NCBI GenBank assembly: GCA_045803545.1
Contig: JBJMOW010000004.1
Coordinates: 1,009,189 to 1,073,188 of the forward strand
DNA from: Gemmatimonadaceae bacterium
GTDB lineage: Bacteria; Gemmatimonadota; Gemmatimonadetes; Gemmatimonadales; Gemmatimonadaceae
DNA length: 64,000 nt
Direction of reading: 5' to 3'
Made by a program: the position numbers and the translations under genes. Shown here piece after piece: positions 14,763 to 24,856 of the stretch (its first letter is position 1; every line of letters begins with the position of its first letter). Under the pieces are notes generated by a model. That model saw only the letters and a list, made by a program, of their open reading frames with translations. It was not told the origin of the DNA and searched no databases.

Positions 14763-16784
14763 ATGAAGCGTCTCCTCCTACTTCTGCTTCTTACAGTTCC
14801 CAGCGTCGCGAGCGTCGCGAGCGCTCGGGTTGTTCGTGTAGAGATTCTTTCTCGCTCCCCAATCTCCGGCGCCTTCGATGGCAGAACGTACGAGCGCATA
14901 ACAGGCCGCGTGTACTTCGCCTTCGATCCCAACAATACCGAGAACAAAAAAATCGTCGACCTCGCCCTCGCTCCGCGTAACGCCACGGGCGAAGTCGAAG
15001 CCATCAGCGAGTTCGTCATGCTGAAGCCAATCGGCTCCGCACAGTCGGCGAACGTCGCTGTGATCGACATCGTGAATCGCGGCGGCATCACTCATTTCAT
15101 CTTCAATCTCGGCCGCAAACCCCAGGCGGCGCCGGAATCGGGCGAGTTCTACGGCGATGCATTGCTGATGAAACGTGGTGTCACCATCGTCGCACTCGGC
15201 TGGCAATGGGATGTTCAACCAGGCGGATCGGCGCTTCACTTCCAGGCACCGCCCGTTGGTTCAGCAGCAAATCCGATAACGGGTCTCGTTCGCAGTGACA
15301 TCACTGTCGATGCGCCGACGAGCTCGATTCCACTCGGACACAGCCTCGCCACCGGAGCACTCGCGTATCCTGTCGCCGATCCTGACGATCCAGCCAATGC
15401 TCTCACGGTTCGCGACTCGCCCACCGGCACTCGCTCCATTGTGCCACACAGCCGTTGGCGTTTCGGACGCGAAGCGAACGGCCAGGTCATTGATGATCCG
15501 CGCTCAGTGTACATGGCGAGCGGCTTCCAGCCGGGAAAGATCTATGAAGTGGTTTATCGCGGCCGCGATCCGGTAGTCGTTGGCGCCGGCCTCGCCGCAG
15601 TGCGCGACATGATTTCCTATCTCAAGTACGACCCCAGCTCCATCGCGCCGGTCCAATACGGTATCGGCTACGGCGTCTCGCAGACGGGACGATTCATTCG
15701 CCACTTCCTCTATCAGGGATTCAACGCCGACGAAAACGGGCGAGCGGCGTTCGACGGATTTTTCGTGCACACCGCCGGCGCCGGTCGCGGCAGTTTCAAT
15801 CATCGTTTCGCGCAGCCATCCCGTGACGCGCAGCCGTACTCGACGTTTTTCTATCCGACCGACGTTTTCCCTTTCACCACTCTGCCGACCCGCGACCCGG
15901 TAACCGGTCAGCGCGCCGGCCTCCGCGACAACCTTGCCGGGTCGGAGGAGACGAAAGTTTTTTACGTTGATGGCGGACATGAGTACTGGGGACGTGCCGC
16001 ATCCCTGACGCATACGACTCCCGACGGCACACGCGACGTCGGCTTTTTGCCGACGGAGCGGCGTTACGTTATTTCGTCGGCGCAGCACTCCAGCCCAGCC
16101 GGGTGGCCATTGCCTGATTCGGATCGCATCGCCGGCACCATTGCCTACCGAGGCGATCCACTCGATCAGCGTCTGGCGCTGCGCGCGCTGATGTCCGCTC
16201 TGATCGACTGGGTGACCATGGCGAAAGAGCCGCCCGCGTCGCGCTACCCAACGCTCGCCTCACACACCCTGGTCGCCCCACAGGCTCAGACATTTCCTCG
16301 CATACCTGATCTCTCCGTCGCCCGAATTCCTCATCAGGTCTACAGGATGGATTTCGGTCCGCGCTGGAATCAGGGAATAGTCGATCTGGAGCCGCCAAAG
16401 CTGGGCGCACATTACCCGATTTTGGTGTCGCGTGTCGATTCGATTGGCAACGACGTCGGCGGAATTCGCAGCGTCGAGATCGCAGTACCCCTCGCTACTT
16501 ACTACCCTTGGCTGCTGCGCACCGGGATGCCGGCAGGGACCGACCGCCTCGTCAGCTTCCGCGGGACCTTCGTACCACTGCAGAAAACTGAAGCTGTGCG
16601 ACGGAAAAGCGGCGACTCTCGCCCAAGCATCGAGACGTTGTACGGTGACAAGACTCGATTCATGGGCAGGGTCAATGCAGCGATCTCTTCGTTGATCGCG
16701 CAGCGCTTCATGCTGCCAGAGGATGCTGTCGTCGCCCGAGCGCGAATGTCCGACGTCTGGGATCGCTTCGGACCCGCGAAGTAG
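14763..16784 (+). CDS. Secreted protein of unknown function (possibly alpha/beta-hydrolase-like)
   Basis: 673 aa. Signal peptide is MKRLLLLLLLTVPSVASVASA. A segment GYGVSQTGRFIRHFLYQGFN resembles a nucleophile-elbow-like GxSxxG. The family assignment is from memory only. Confidence 0.55.
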   Translation: MKRLLLLLLLTVPSVASVASARVVRVEILSRSPISGAFDGRTYERITGRVYFAFDPNNTENKKIVDLALAPRNATGEVEAISEFVMLKPIGSAQSANVAVIDIVNRGGITHFIFNLGRKPQAAPESGEFYGDALLMKRGVTIVALGWQWDVQPGGSALHFQAPPVGSAANPITGLVRSDITVDAPTSSIPLGHSLATGALAYPVADPDDPANALTVRDSPTGTRSIVPHSRWRFGREANGQVIDDPRSVYMASGFQPGKIYEVVYRGRDPVVVGAGLAAVRDMISYLKYDPSSIAPVQYGIGYGVSQTGRFIRHFLYQGFNADENGRAAFDGFFVHTAGAGRGSFNHRFAQPSRDAQPYSTFFYPTDVFPFTTLPTRDPVTGQRAGLRDNLAGSEETKVFYVDGGHEYWGRAASLTHTTPDGTRDVGFLPTERRYVISSAQHSSPAGWPLPDSDRIAGTIAYRGDPLDQRLALRALMSALIDWVTMAKEPPASRYPTLASHTLVAPQAQTFPRIPDLSVARIPHQVYRMDFGPRWNQGIVDLEPPKLGAHYPILVSRVDSIGNDVGGIRSVEIAVPLATYYPWLLRTGMPAGTDRLVSFRGTFVPLQKTEAVRRKSGDSRPSIETLYGDKTRFMGRVNAAISSLIAQRFMLPEDAVVARARMSDVWDRFGPAK

Positions 16785-19055
16785 CTAGCTGACTCCCGGA
16801 AAATCAATGCGGGCGGCCTTCGCGATTGCGCGCACGCGATTCATGATCTTGTCGGCCATCTTCGTGTCCCCCTGATTGCGTACCGCTTCTGCCAGAATGG
16901 CGCCGGTAAACGCGTACGTATAGGGAATGCCGAATGAGGGGCGGTCGATCCAGTCGCCTTCCTTGATCAAAGCTTCCGGCGCTTTGTACACGGTGTCCCA
17001 GAGTTCCTTGGTGCGCTGCACATCGAGATTGAGCCCCGCCGCCACCAGGGGAACCTGCGGGCTGTTCACGACCGGATGATCGACGAGCTTTTGCACAAAC
17101 CCCTGGGTGACCAGGTACGGCTGCAGGAGTGGGCCAAGCGTTGTCCCGCCACCACCTGTCGACACGTAGATCGGCCGCTCGGGGAACGCGTCCTTGATCA
17201 AACGCAAAAATACCAGCTCATCTCGAACGAGATAGCCCTGCGGGATCTCCAGGCTGAGATTGCCCTGTCGGAAAATCTGCGGCTGGGTGATCTGAATGTA
17301 CTCGGGAATCGCGTCCGCTTCGGCGAAAGACATCTTTAGCGGCGGCCCGGACGGCTTCTTCCACTGTTGTCCGCGGAAGATTGCCGGACCCTTGGCCGCA
17401 TCGTACGTCTCGACCGGTCGGCGAATCATCTGTCGCACGAACCAGTCGGTGTCGAGATAAGTCGTGACTGCCACAGTCACATCGCGACGGACTCCTTCAA
17501 CTTCCTGAGCGTACCACAAGGGGAAGGTGTCGTTGTCGCCATTGGTGATGACAATCGCGTATGGCTCGAGTGAGTTGAGATAGTCGGTCGCCCACTCGCG
17601 TGTGAACTGGTGGCCCGAACGCGACGCGTATTTCCAATTGGCGACAAACGGAATCAGCGCGATCAGCAGAATCGGAGCTGCAAGTTTGAACGCGCGCGGC
17701 GACGGCCACGCGAACGAGGCGACCTTGCCCTTACCGGTTTTCTCCTCTACCGCCGCCGGCTCGCGATCGAGAATCTGCGCCAGCTGCTCCCACAGGAAGC
17801 CCAATCCGACCGCCGCCCACACGCCCCACGCCGAGAAGCTCCAGATGTAGAAGTAGTCTCGGTCGCGAACCTCGCGTGCGACGCTATTTCCAAGCTCCGG
17901 CGCCTGCGACCACCCGTACTTGAAGTTCAGATAGTAAACAAGCGCCAGCGTCATCGTGAACATCAGCGGACCGAAATACCAGAACGTTTTTCGATCTCGT
18001 TGCCAATGCACCCATCCACCGAGCAGTCCGAGCCCGAGGAAGACAAAGGCGAGAATGAACTGCAGACCCTGCATCACCTGGTGTGCGTCGCGCAGCCACT
18101 GCCACTTGAAGTACAGCCACCACATTCCGACCTGACTGGTGTAGGGCGCACCTCGCTCGACCTTCTCACCGTACTGAACGCGGTTGATGTTGTCCATCAG
18201 TCGCTTCTCGGTGAGTTTGCTGAACGTGCAGCTCGCTGCGATCTTCGTCTCGCACGCCGTGGGCGCGCCTTCATTGATTGCAGGGAAGTACGCGGCGCGA
18301 ATCGGCTCGAACGCAAAAGTCGTCAGCCCGAGTAGAAGGGCACCGACCGAGGCGAGAATCAGTCTCCAGCGCATCAGCGTGCGCCACTTGGTGGCCAGCA
18401 ACGCCACGCCGGCAGCCGGCAGCGGGAGGAATCCCGCCGGGTGGTTGGCGTACCCGAGTCCGAGCAGGAAGCAGACGAGAACGATGTAGCGATCGGCTTT
18501 GCGCGAGTTGGGCGCTTCGATCCACTCGATTACCAGCCACGACACAATCGTGAAGAACAGCAGCGAGATGGTGTACACCTTCTCGTTCACCACCGACTGA
18601 TTCCAGACGGTGAATGCAGTCGCGCCAATCAACGTCGCCAGACTCGCGATCACCAGGCGCTCCCAGCGCTCGGGAACCCAACGCGCGACGATGCGCTCCG
18701 TAATCAGGAACCAGAGGCCCGCCGAGATTGCGCTCGCCAGCGCAGCCATGATGTTGATCTTCTCGGCGTACGAGACCGGAATCGGCAGCGAAGCAAATGC
18801 GTGACCGAGAATGACGAAGAACGGATTTCCGGGCGGATGCGGAATGCCGAGGACTTTGACGGCAGCCATGTACTCGCCGGTGTCCCACATCGCCACCGAC
18901 GGCGCCAACGTGATCAGGTAAAGAACGAATACGAGACCTGCGGCGATTGCCGCGGGAACGTAAGACGGCCGATAGCCGCTCTCAGCTAGCAGTGTACGCT
19001 TCGGCGCAGGCGCGTAGGTCGCGTTGACCCGGTTCGATGAGACTTGTGTTGCCAT
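16785..19055 (-). CDS. DUF2723 family polytopic membrane protein (glycosyltransferase-C-fold-like)
   Basis: 756 aa. The N-terminal signature is MWDTGEYMAAVKVLGIPHPPGNPFFVILGHAF. It has many TM helices followed by a large soluble C-domain. Confidence 0.85.
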   Translation of the reverse strand: MATQVSSNRVNATYAPAPKRTLLAESGYRPSYVPAAIAAGLVFVLYLITLAPSVAMWDTGEYMAAVKVLGIPHPPGNPFFVILGHAFASLPIPVSYAEKINIMAALASAISAGLWFLITERIVARWVPERWERLVIASLATLIGATAFTVWNQSVVNEKVYTISLLFFTIVSWLVIEWIEAPNSRKADRYIVLVCFLLGLGYANHPAGFLPLPAAGVALLATKWRTLMRWRLILASVGALLLGLTTFAFEPIRAAYFPAINEGAPTACETKIAASCTFSKLTEKRLMDNINRVQYGEKVERGAPYTSQVGMWWLYFKWQWLRDAHQVMQGLQFILAFVFLGLGLLGGWVHWQRDRKTFWYFGPLMFTMTLALVYYLNFKYGWSQAPELGNSVAREVRDRDYFYIWSFSAWGVWAAVGLGFLWEQLAQILDREPAAVEEKTGKGKVASFAWPSPRAFKLAAPILLIALIPFVANWKYASRSGHQFTREWATDYLNSLEPYAIVITNGDNDTFPLWYAQEVEGVRRDVTVAVTTYLDTDWFVRQMIRRPVETYDAAKGPAIFRGQQWKKPSGPPLKMSFAEADAIPEYIQITQPQIFRQGNLSLEIPQGYLVRDELVFLRLIKDAFPERPIYVSTGGGGTTLGPLLQPYLVTQGFVQKLVDHPVVNSPQVPLVAAGLNLDVQRTKELWDTVYKAPEALIKEGDWIDRPSFGIPYTYAFTGAILAEAVRNQGDTKMADKIMNRVRAIAKAARIDFPGVS

Positions 19056-19059
19056 CTAG

Positions 19060-19116
19060 AGTAAGGATTTGCTGTGGAATTCTCGACAGTAAGGATTTGC
19101 TGGTGGAATTCTCGAC
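19060..19116. repeat. Tandem direct repeat, 2 copies of 28/29 bp
   Basis: AGTAAGGATTTGCTGTGGAATTCTCGAC (19060-19087) is followed by AGTAAGGATTTGCTGGTGGAATTCTCGAC (19088-19116). The pair sits immediately upstream of the DUF2723 start codon (19055). Confidence 0.9.
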
Positions 19117-19148
19117 TGAATTTTAGTCACTAAACGTCGGGCGTGCGG

Positions 19149-19670
19149 TCATCGGCACGTAAGCTCGCGACGAGAAATGATCACCCGGGTTACCTGGGAT
19201 GAATTGTGTACGAAACACGCCCGTCCTTTTCTGAAAGTCAGCCCGCGAGCCGGCGTTCCGACACCAATTCCGTTCGACGTACGAAATGCAGGACTCGAGC
19301 TGCCAACGGTCTCGATCAGACTGTCCTTTCCTGCGACGGTGAAGACGATCAATCCGCCGGTTACTGATACTCCGAATACCGGTCCCTGGATCGCTACCGA
19401 TCCAGGGACCTTGATGACTGCCACTCGGCAACGCTGCCGAAGTCGCCTCAGTGGCGTACTCACAGTGACCGGCCCGATGCTGGCCGCAGTGATGAGCACC
19501 CCTGTGGGCTCGAGGCAGGCCTGGTCGCTGATCGCAACCGGATCGCCGTGTGAGAAGACGTCCGGCGAGAGCTTGGCCACGTCGTTTGCCTTCGCCGCCT
19601 CCCCGTCCGTACAGCCCCCAACCGTCGACAGGCCCATAATTACCGTAAGGACTTTCCTATAGCTCGGCAT
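19149..19670 (-). CDS. Putative lipoprotein, unknown function
   Basis: 173 aa with the lipobox-like LSTVGGC near the N-terminus. Its codon usage is more plausible than the overlapping + strand ORF 19177..19662. Confidence 0.45.
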   Translation of the reverse strand: MPSYRKVLTVIMGLSTVGGCTDGEAAKANDVAKLSPDVFSHGDPVAISDQACLEPTGVLITAASIGPVTVSTPLRRLRQRCRVAVIKVPGSVAIQGPVFGVSVTGGLIVFTVAGKDSLIETVGSSSPAFRTSNGIGVGTPARGLTFRKGRACFVHNSSQVTRVIISRRELTCR

Positions 19671-19764
19671 CGCCCCCCAACTCGCAGACCCCGCGCCGAG
19701 AACCGCGCCGCTGGCCCCGGACCGGCGGGCACTAGTCGCTGCAAGTCGTTTTCAGTTGACGGTT

Positions 19765-19786
19765 TTCGGTATATATTCGGGTATGG
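19765..19786 (+). promoter_or_regulatory. Candidate operator/promoter, site 3 (TTCGGTATATATTCGGGTATGG), at the dnaE2 start
   Basis: Same architecture as sites 1 and 2. The TATATA hexamer ends 7 nt before ATG 19783, so the second half-site overlaps the start codon. This is compatible with a leaderless mRNA. Confidence 0.45.
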
Positions 19787-22700
19787 GATTTGTTGAGCTT
19801 CGTGCCCATACCGCCTTTTCGTTCGGCGACGGCGGCACCTCACCCGAGGCGCTTGCTGCCCGTGCTGCATCACTCGGCTACCGTGCGCTGGGCATAACCG
19901 ATACGGCCGATCTGGGCGGCATCGTTCGATTTTGTCTGGAAGCGAGACGAGTCGGGCTGAAAGCGATTGTTGGCGCCGAGCTCAATATCGATGGCTGTCC
20001 CGTCGCCTTTCTGGCGCAGAACAAAACCGGGTTCAACAACATCGCCTCGCTTGTAACGAGGTCGCGAGTTGGCGAGCTATCGACGTGGCAGAAAGGAGAC
20101 GGCAAGAAAACGCGGGGTCGGCCGCGACTATCGTGGCAACAGGTAGCTGAGCGGAGCGAAGGAGTGCAGGTGCTGACCGGCCCGCTCACGGGTCCGGTCG
20201 CATCTCACCTCCGCAACGGCGAGTATCGTGAAGCGGAACACACGCTGTGCCGGTGGCGATCCGTTTTTGGTGAGCGACTCGCCGTCGAAGTGCAGCTGCA
20301 TCACGCCAGCGGTACCGAAGCCGCGCTCGGTGCTGCCTTGATCGAGCTGGCCGAGCGACACAACGTGCCGTGGGTCATCTGCCACGAGCCGCGCTACATC
20401 GACAACGGCACGCGACTCGTCCACGATGTTCTGACATCGCTGCGCTACGATGCGACCATCGACGACGCTGTCGCGCGCGGACTACTACATCCAAATGGTG
20501 AGTGGCGTCTCGTCTCGGCCGAGGAGATGGGTCAGCGATGGAAAGGTCGCGAGCAAGGACTCGAGGAGAGTGAGCGCATCGCCGACGAGTGCGATTTCAA
20601 TCTCTCATGGGTTCGTCCGCCTCTGCCAAAGTTTCCTGTTCCGCCCGGTTACGACGACGACACCTTCCTGCACGAGAAAGCTTTCGAGGGTGCGCGTGAG
20701 CGTTGGGGCGAACTCGACCAAAAGCAAATCGATCAGCTGAACCACGAGCTGCGGGTGATCGGTAATCTCGGCTTCGCGGGATTTTTCCTCGTGATGTGGG
20801 ACGCGGTGCATTTCGCCAAGTCGAAAGGGATTCTCTGCCAGGGTCGCGGCAGCGCCGCCAACTCGGCGGTGGCTTATTGTCTCGCGATCACGGCGGTAGA
20901 TCCGGTTCGGCATGGTCTGCTGTTCGAGCGATTTCTCTCGGAGATCCGCGTCGATGGGCAGACTGAAGCGCCGGACATCGATGTCGACATCGAGCACGAT
21001 CGCCGAGAGGAAGTGCTCGACTATGTCTATGGGAAGTACAATCGCGCGCAGGCGGCGATCACCTGCGTCGTGCAGATGTACCGCGGGCCGAATGCAATTC
21101 GCGATTCAATGCGCGCCTTCGGTTATCCGGTGGAGATGGCGAACAACATCTCCAAGCGCATCCATTGGAGCGATCCTGCCGAAGGGGCGAAGTACGTGGA
21201 GCAGGAGCTCGCGCCAAAGCTCGGCATCGATTTCGACAATCCGCGTGGACGTGCGACGCTGGCAGCGATGGCAGCGTTCGAAGGAGTGCCGCGTCTGCGC
21301 TCGACGCACGTCGGTGGCTTCGTACTCTCGTCTGCTCTGCTCGGCGATTACATGCCCGTCGAGCACACGACGATGGGTCGCACAATCATCCAGTTCGACA
21401 AAGATGATCTCGATGCGGTCGGAGTTCCCAAGTTCGATTTTCTGGGACTCGGTGCGCTGTCGCTGGTGAGACGCGCGTTCGACATGATCGAGGTACGCAC
21501 GGGAACGCGGCCGGAGATGTACAGGCTGCCGCCCGACGATGAGAAAACCTACGAGCTGATCGCGAGCGGTGAGACGATTGGCACCTTCCAGATCGAGAGT
21601 CGAGCGCAGATCGCTTCAGTGTTGCACACGAAGCCCGATCGGTTATACGACATCGTCGTGCAGGTGGCGCTGATTCGTCCCGGTCCGATCCAGGCAAACT
21701 TCGTCCATCCATATACTGCGCGCCGTCGCGGACTCGAGCCGGTGACGTATCAGCATCCCGATCTGGAGCCGATTCTCAAGAGGACGCAGGGCATTCCGAT
21801 TTTCCAGGAGCAGGCGATGGCGATCGCGATGAAGCTCGGTGGTTACTCGGCGGCTCAGGCCGACGAGCTGCGCCGCACCATGGGACACATCAGAAAAGTC
21901 GAGAAACTGCACCGCGTGCTCGAACAGCTCCGACAGCGCATGGTTGAGCGCGGAGTCACTGAAGATGTCGCGACCAGGATCGCCGAGGATCTAAAGAGCT
22001 TCGCGAATTATGGATTCCCGGAGTCGCACGCCTGGAGCTTCGCACTGATCGCTTACGCGACGGGTTATCTCAAGGCTCACTATACGGCGGAGTTCTACGC
22101 CGGATTGCTGAATTCTTATCCGATGGGATTCTATCCGCCGTCGACATTGATACATGATGCTCGCCGCCACGGTTTACAAGTCTTGCCGCCTTGCATGCGC
22201 GATGGCGACTGGGAATGCACCACCGAGCCGACTGACAATCCTGACCGCCCCGCGCTCAGAATCGGCTGGCGCCACATCCGCGGACTCGGCGAGAAATCAC
22301 TCGACGCGCTCAAGGCAGCGAGAGGGTGGGATCGATTCTCTTCGATCGACGATGTCATCGACAGAGCAAAGCTCCAGCGCACTGATGCACTGCAGCTGGC
22401 GCGCGCCGGCGCTTTCGCGTGCTGGGAGCCTGATCGACGTCGCGCGGCATGGGTGGCAATGCGGGCGGTGGGAGATTGTCTACCGCTGGCGCCGGCGCGT
22501 CATGTACCGTACGAGCCGCGTCCGCTGACGCGAGACGAGCTGATCTTCCTCGACTATTTCTCGGTCGGCATCAGCGTCAGCGGGCATCCCATGGAGCATC
22601 TGCGCGACGAGCTGCGCGGCAAGGGCGTACTCGATTCCAAACAGCTACTGAAGCTGAAGGGCGGGGAATGGATCAAGACTGCCGGCCTCGTCACCATCCG

Positions 22701-22941
22701 CCAGCAGCCGCAGAGCGCAAAAGGAACTGTATTTCTGCTGATGGAGGATGAGTTCGGCTTCATCAACGTCATCGTCTCGAAGAAGATGGTCGAGGAGTAC
22801 GCGGAGGTAGTGAGGTTCTCGACCTTCGTGCTGGTAGAAGGGAAGTTCGAGCGCGACGACGGCGTGCGGAACGTCATCGGCAGGAAATTCAGTGAGCTCG
22901 AGGTGAAGGAGCTGGTTCATGCCTCCAGGGACTTTCATTAG
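19783..22941 (+). CDS. dnaE2: Error-prone DNA polymerase III alpha-like subunit DnaE2
   Basis: The PHP domain starts at VELRAHTAFSFGDGGTSPEAL. Polymerase core motifs are GRGSAANSAVAYCLAIT and PDIDVDIEHDRREEV, followed by an OB fold near the C-terminus. About 1052 aa without the long tau-binding tail of DnaE1. ImuA and ImuB partners are nearby. Confidence 0.9.
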   Translation: MGFVELRAHTAFSFGDGGTSPEALAARAASLGYRALGITDTADLGGIVRFCLEARRVGLKAIVGAELNIDGCPVAFLAQNKTGFNNIASLVTRSRVGELSTWQKGDGKKTRGRPRLSWQQVAERSEGVQVLTGPLTGPVASHLRNGEYREAEHTLCRWRSVFGERLAVEVQLHHASGTEAALGAALIELAERHNVPWVICHEPRYIDNGTRLVHDVLTSLRYDATIDDAVARGLLHPNGEWRLVSAEEMGQRWKGREQGLEESERIADECDFNLSWVRPPLPKFPVPPGYDDDTFLHEKAFEGARERWGELDQKQIDQLNHELRVIGNLGFAGFFLVMWDAVHFAKSKGILCQGRGSAANSAVAYCLAITAVDPVRHGLLFERFLSEIRVDGQTEAPDIDVDIEHDRREEVLDYVYGKYNRAQAAITCVVQMYRGPNAIRDSMRAFGYPVEMANNISKRIHWSDPAEGAKYVEQELAPKLGIDFDNPRGRATLAAMAAFEGVPRLRSTHVGGFVLSSALLGDYMPVEHTTMGRTIIQFDKDDLDAVGVPKFDFLGLGALSLVRRAFDMIEVRTGTRPEMYRLPPDDEKTYELIASGETIGTFQIESRAQIASVLHTKPDRLYDIVVQVALIRPGPIQANFVHPYTARRRGLEPVTYQHPDLEPILKRTQGIPIFQEQAMAIAMKLGGYSAAQADELRRTMGHIRKVEKLHRVLEQLRQRMVERGVTEDVATRIAEDLKSFANYGFPESHAWSFALIAYATGYLKAHYTAEFYAGLLNSYPMGFYPPSTLIHDARRHGLQVLPPCMRDGDWECTTEPTDNPDRPALRIGWRHIRGLGEKSLDALKAARGWDRFSSIDDVIDRAKLQRTDALQLARAGAFACWEPDRRRAAWVAMRAVGDCLPLAPARHVPYEPRPLTRDELIFLDYFSVGISVSGHPMEHLRDELRGKGVLDSKQLLKLKGGEWIKTAGLVTIRQQPQSAKGTVFLLMEDEFGFINVIVSKKMVEEYAEVVRFSTFVLVEGKFERDDGVRNVIGRKFSELEVKELVHASRDFH

Positions 22942-22972
22942 CCCTCCGCCTTCCCGCCTCCCGCGTCCCTCC
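22941..22972. repeat. Short C-rich heptamer-family tract directly after the dnaE2 stop
   Basis: GCCCTCCGCCTTCCCGCCTCCCGCGTCCCTCC. The complement has four GGG tracts. Confidence 0.6.
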
Positions 22973-22985
22973 TTATCCTTGGCTG

Positions 22986-24050
22986 ATGCGGCAAGAGAAA
23001 CAACCTGGACGCGCGTTCGCGAGTGACAATTGGGCCGGAGTTCACCCGGAAGTGCTGGCGGCGCTGGCCGCGGCGAACGTCGGCCACGTTCCCTCATACG
23101 GCGACGACTCCTATACCCACGAAGCCGTAAGCAGAATCCGACGCGAGCTGGGTGAAGACGCTGAGGTCTTTCTCGTCTTCAGCGGCACTGCTGCCAACGT
23201 CCTCTGTCTGCAAAGCATGGTGCAGTCTCACCAGGCGGTGATCTGCGCCGAGACGGCTCACGTGCACGTGCACGAGTGTGGCGCGGCGGAGAAGCACATC
23301 GGCTGCAAGCTGCTGCCGGTGCCGGCGCCCAATGGCAAGATCACCGTCGCCGGCATTCGCGAGCATCTGCACGACATCGGTAATGAGCATCACGTCCAAC
23401 CGCGTGCGATCACCATCACGCAGGCGACTGAGTACGGGACCGTCTACACGCCGCAAGAGATCAGAGCGATCGCGGACTTTGCCCACACCCACTCACTGCT
23501 GCTCCACATGGACGGCGCGCGGATCTTCAACGCTGCTGTCCATCTCGATGTGCCCCTGAGAGCCATCACCAGCGGAGCCGGGATCGATGCACTCTCCTTT
23601 GGCGGTACCAAGAATGGACTAATGGCGGCGGAAGCCGCTGTGTTCTTCAAGCCCGTCCTGGCCGATGACTTCGAGTTCAAGCGCATGCAGAACATGCAGC
23701 TCTCATCGAAGATGAGATTCATCGCCGCGCAGTTCAACGCGCTTCTCAGCAACGATCTGTGGAAACGCAGTGCCTCGCACGCCAACCGGATGGCACAGGT
23801 TCTTGCACGAGGTCTGTCCGAGATCGAGGGAATTACTCTGACTCAGGAAGTGCAGGCCAATGAAGTGTTCGCGACTATTCCGGAGAAAGTGATCCCGAAG
23901 CTGCAGGAGAGCTGGCCATTTCATGTCTGGAACGAGAAGACTTTCGAGGCGCGATTGATCACCTCATTCGACACGACCGAGGACGACATCTCCGATTTTC
24001 TCGACCTGCTGCGGGAGAAGGTGGGATCACGGGAGAAGCAATGGACCTGA
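22986..24050 (+). CDS. ltaE: Low-specificity L-threonine aldolase (beta-eliminating lyase family)
   Basis: FASDNWAGVHPEVL, YGDDSYT and the PLP-lysine context SFGGTKNG. 354 aa. Confidence 0.85.
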   Translation: MRQEKQPGRAFASDNWAGVHPEVLAALAAANVGHVPSYGDDSYTHEAVSRIRRELGEDAEVFLVFSGTAANVLCLQSMVQSHQAVICAETAHVHVHECGAAEKHIGCKLLPVPAPNGKITVAGIREHLHDIGNEHHVQPRAITITQATEYGTVYTPQEIRAIADFAHTHSLLLHMDGARIFNAAVHLDVPLRAITSGAGIDALSFGGTKNGLMAAEAAVFFKPVLADDFEFKRMQNMQLSSKMRFIAAQFNALLSNDLWKRSASHANRMAQVLARGLSEIEGITLTQEVQANEVFATIPEKVIPKLQESWPFHVWNEKTFEARLITSFDTTEDDISDFLDLLREKVGSREKQWT

Positions 24051-24745
24051 AGAACGCCGCGGTGCTCGTAACTGGCGCCAGCTGTGGCATCGGCTTCGAG
24101 ACAGCGCGTCTGTTGCGTGAGCGCGGGGCGCGGGTTGCCGTGTGCGCGCGTCACAAAAGCGAGCTGGAGGCATCCGCAAGCCAGATCGACGCGCTGCCGA
24201 TCGTCGCCGATGTGAGCAAGGAAGATGACGTGCTGCGCATGATCGACGTGGTGGTCAAGGAGTTCGACGACTATAACGTGCTGATCAACAACGCCGGATT
24301 CGGCTCGTTTGGTCCACTGATCGAGCTTACGAGCGATGACTTCTTCAGCGTTTGGCGCACCAATGTGCTGGGCGCGATGATGGTCGCGCGGGAGTCAGCC
24401 AGACATTTCGTCGGCCGCAATTACGGCAACATCGTCAACATATCCTCGACGGCGGGACAGCGCGGATTCGCCAATGGCACCGCCTACTGTGCGAGCAAAT
24501 TCGCGCTGCACGGAATGACCGAGTGCTGGAGGGCGGAGTTGCGGCAGCACAACATCCGCGTGATGCAAGTTAACCCGAGCGAAGTGTTGACAGGCTTCGG
24601 TGCCGAGTCGCGTAGTGAGGAGCGACCCGACAATCCCTCGAAGCTCCATGCGCCTGATGTCGCGCAGACAATCGTCAGCATGCTGGAGACCGCGGATCGC
24701 GGCTTCATCACCGAATCCACGCTCTGGGCGACGAATCCGCAGTAA
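24041..24745 (+). CDS. SDR-family oxidoreductase
   Basis: The TGASCGIG cofactor motif, NNAG, and the catalytic YCASK. Confidence 0.9.
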   Translation: MDLKNAAVLVTGASCGIGFETARLLRERGARVAVCARHKSELEASASQIDALPIVADVSKEDDVLRMIDVVVKEFDDYNVLINNAGFGSFGPLIELTSDDFFSVWRTNVLGAMMVARESARHFVGRNYGNIVNISSTAGQRGFANGTAYCASKFALHGMTECWRAELRQHNIRVMQVNPSEVLTGFGAESRSEERPDNPSKLHAPDVAQTIVSMLETADRGFITESTLWATNPQ

Positions 24746-24856
24746 AGGACTTCTACGTCCACGCCGGGCTCATACTACGTAAGACGGCGTAACGCGTAAT
24801 CGCGGGGTTGCGGGTAGTGTGGGGCAGCTTGACTGCCAACCCAAACCCGGCCCCCA

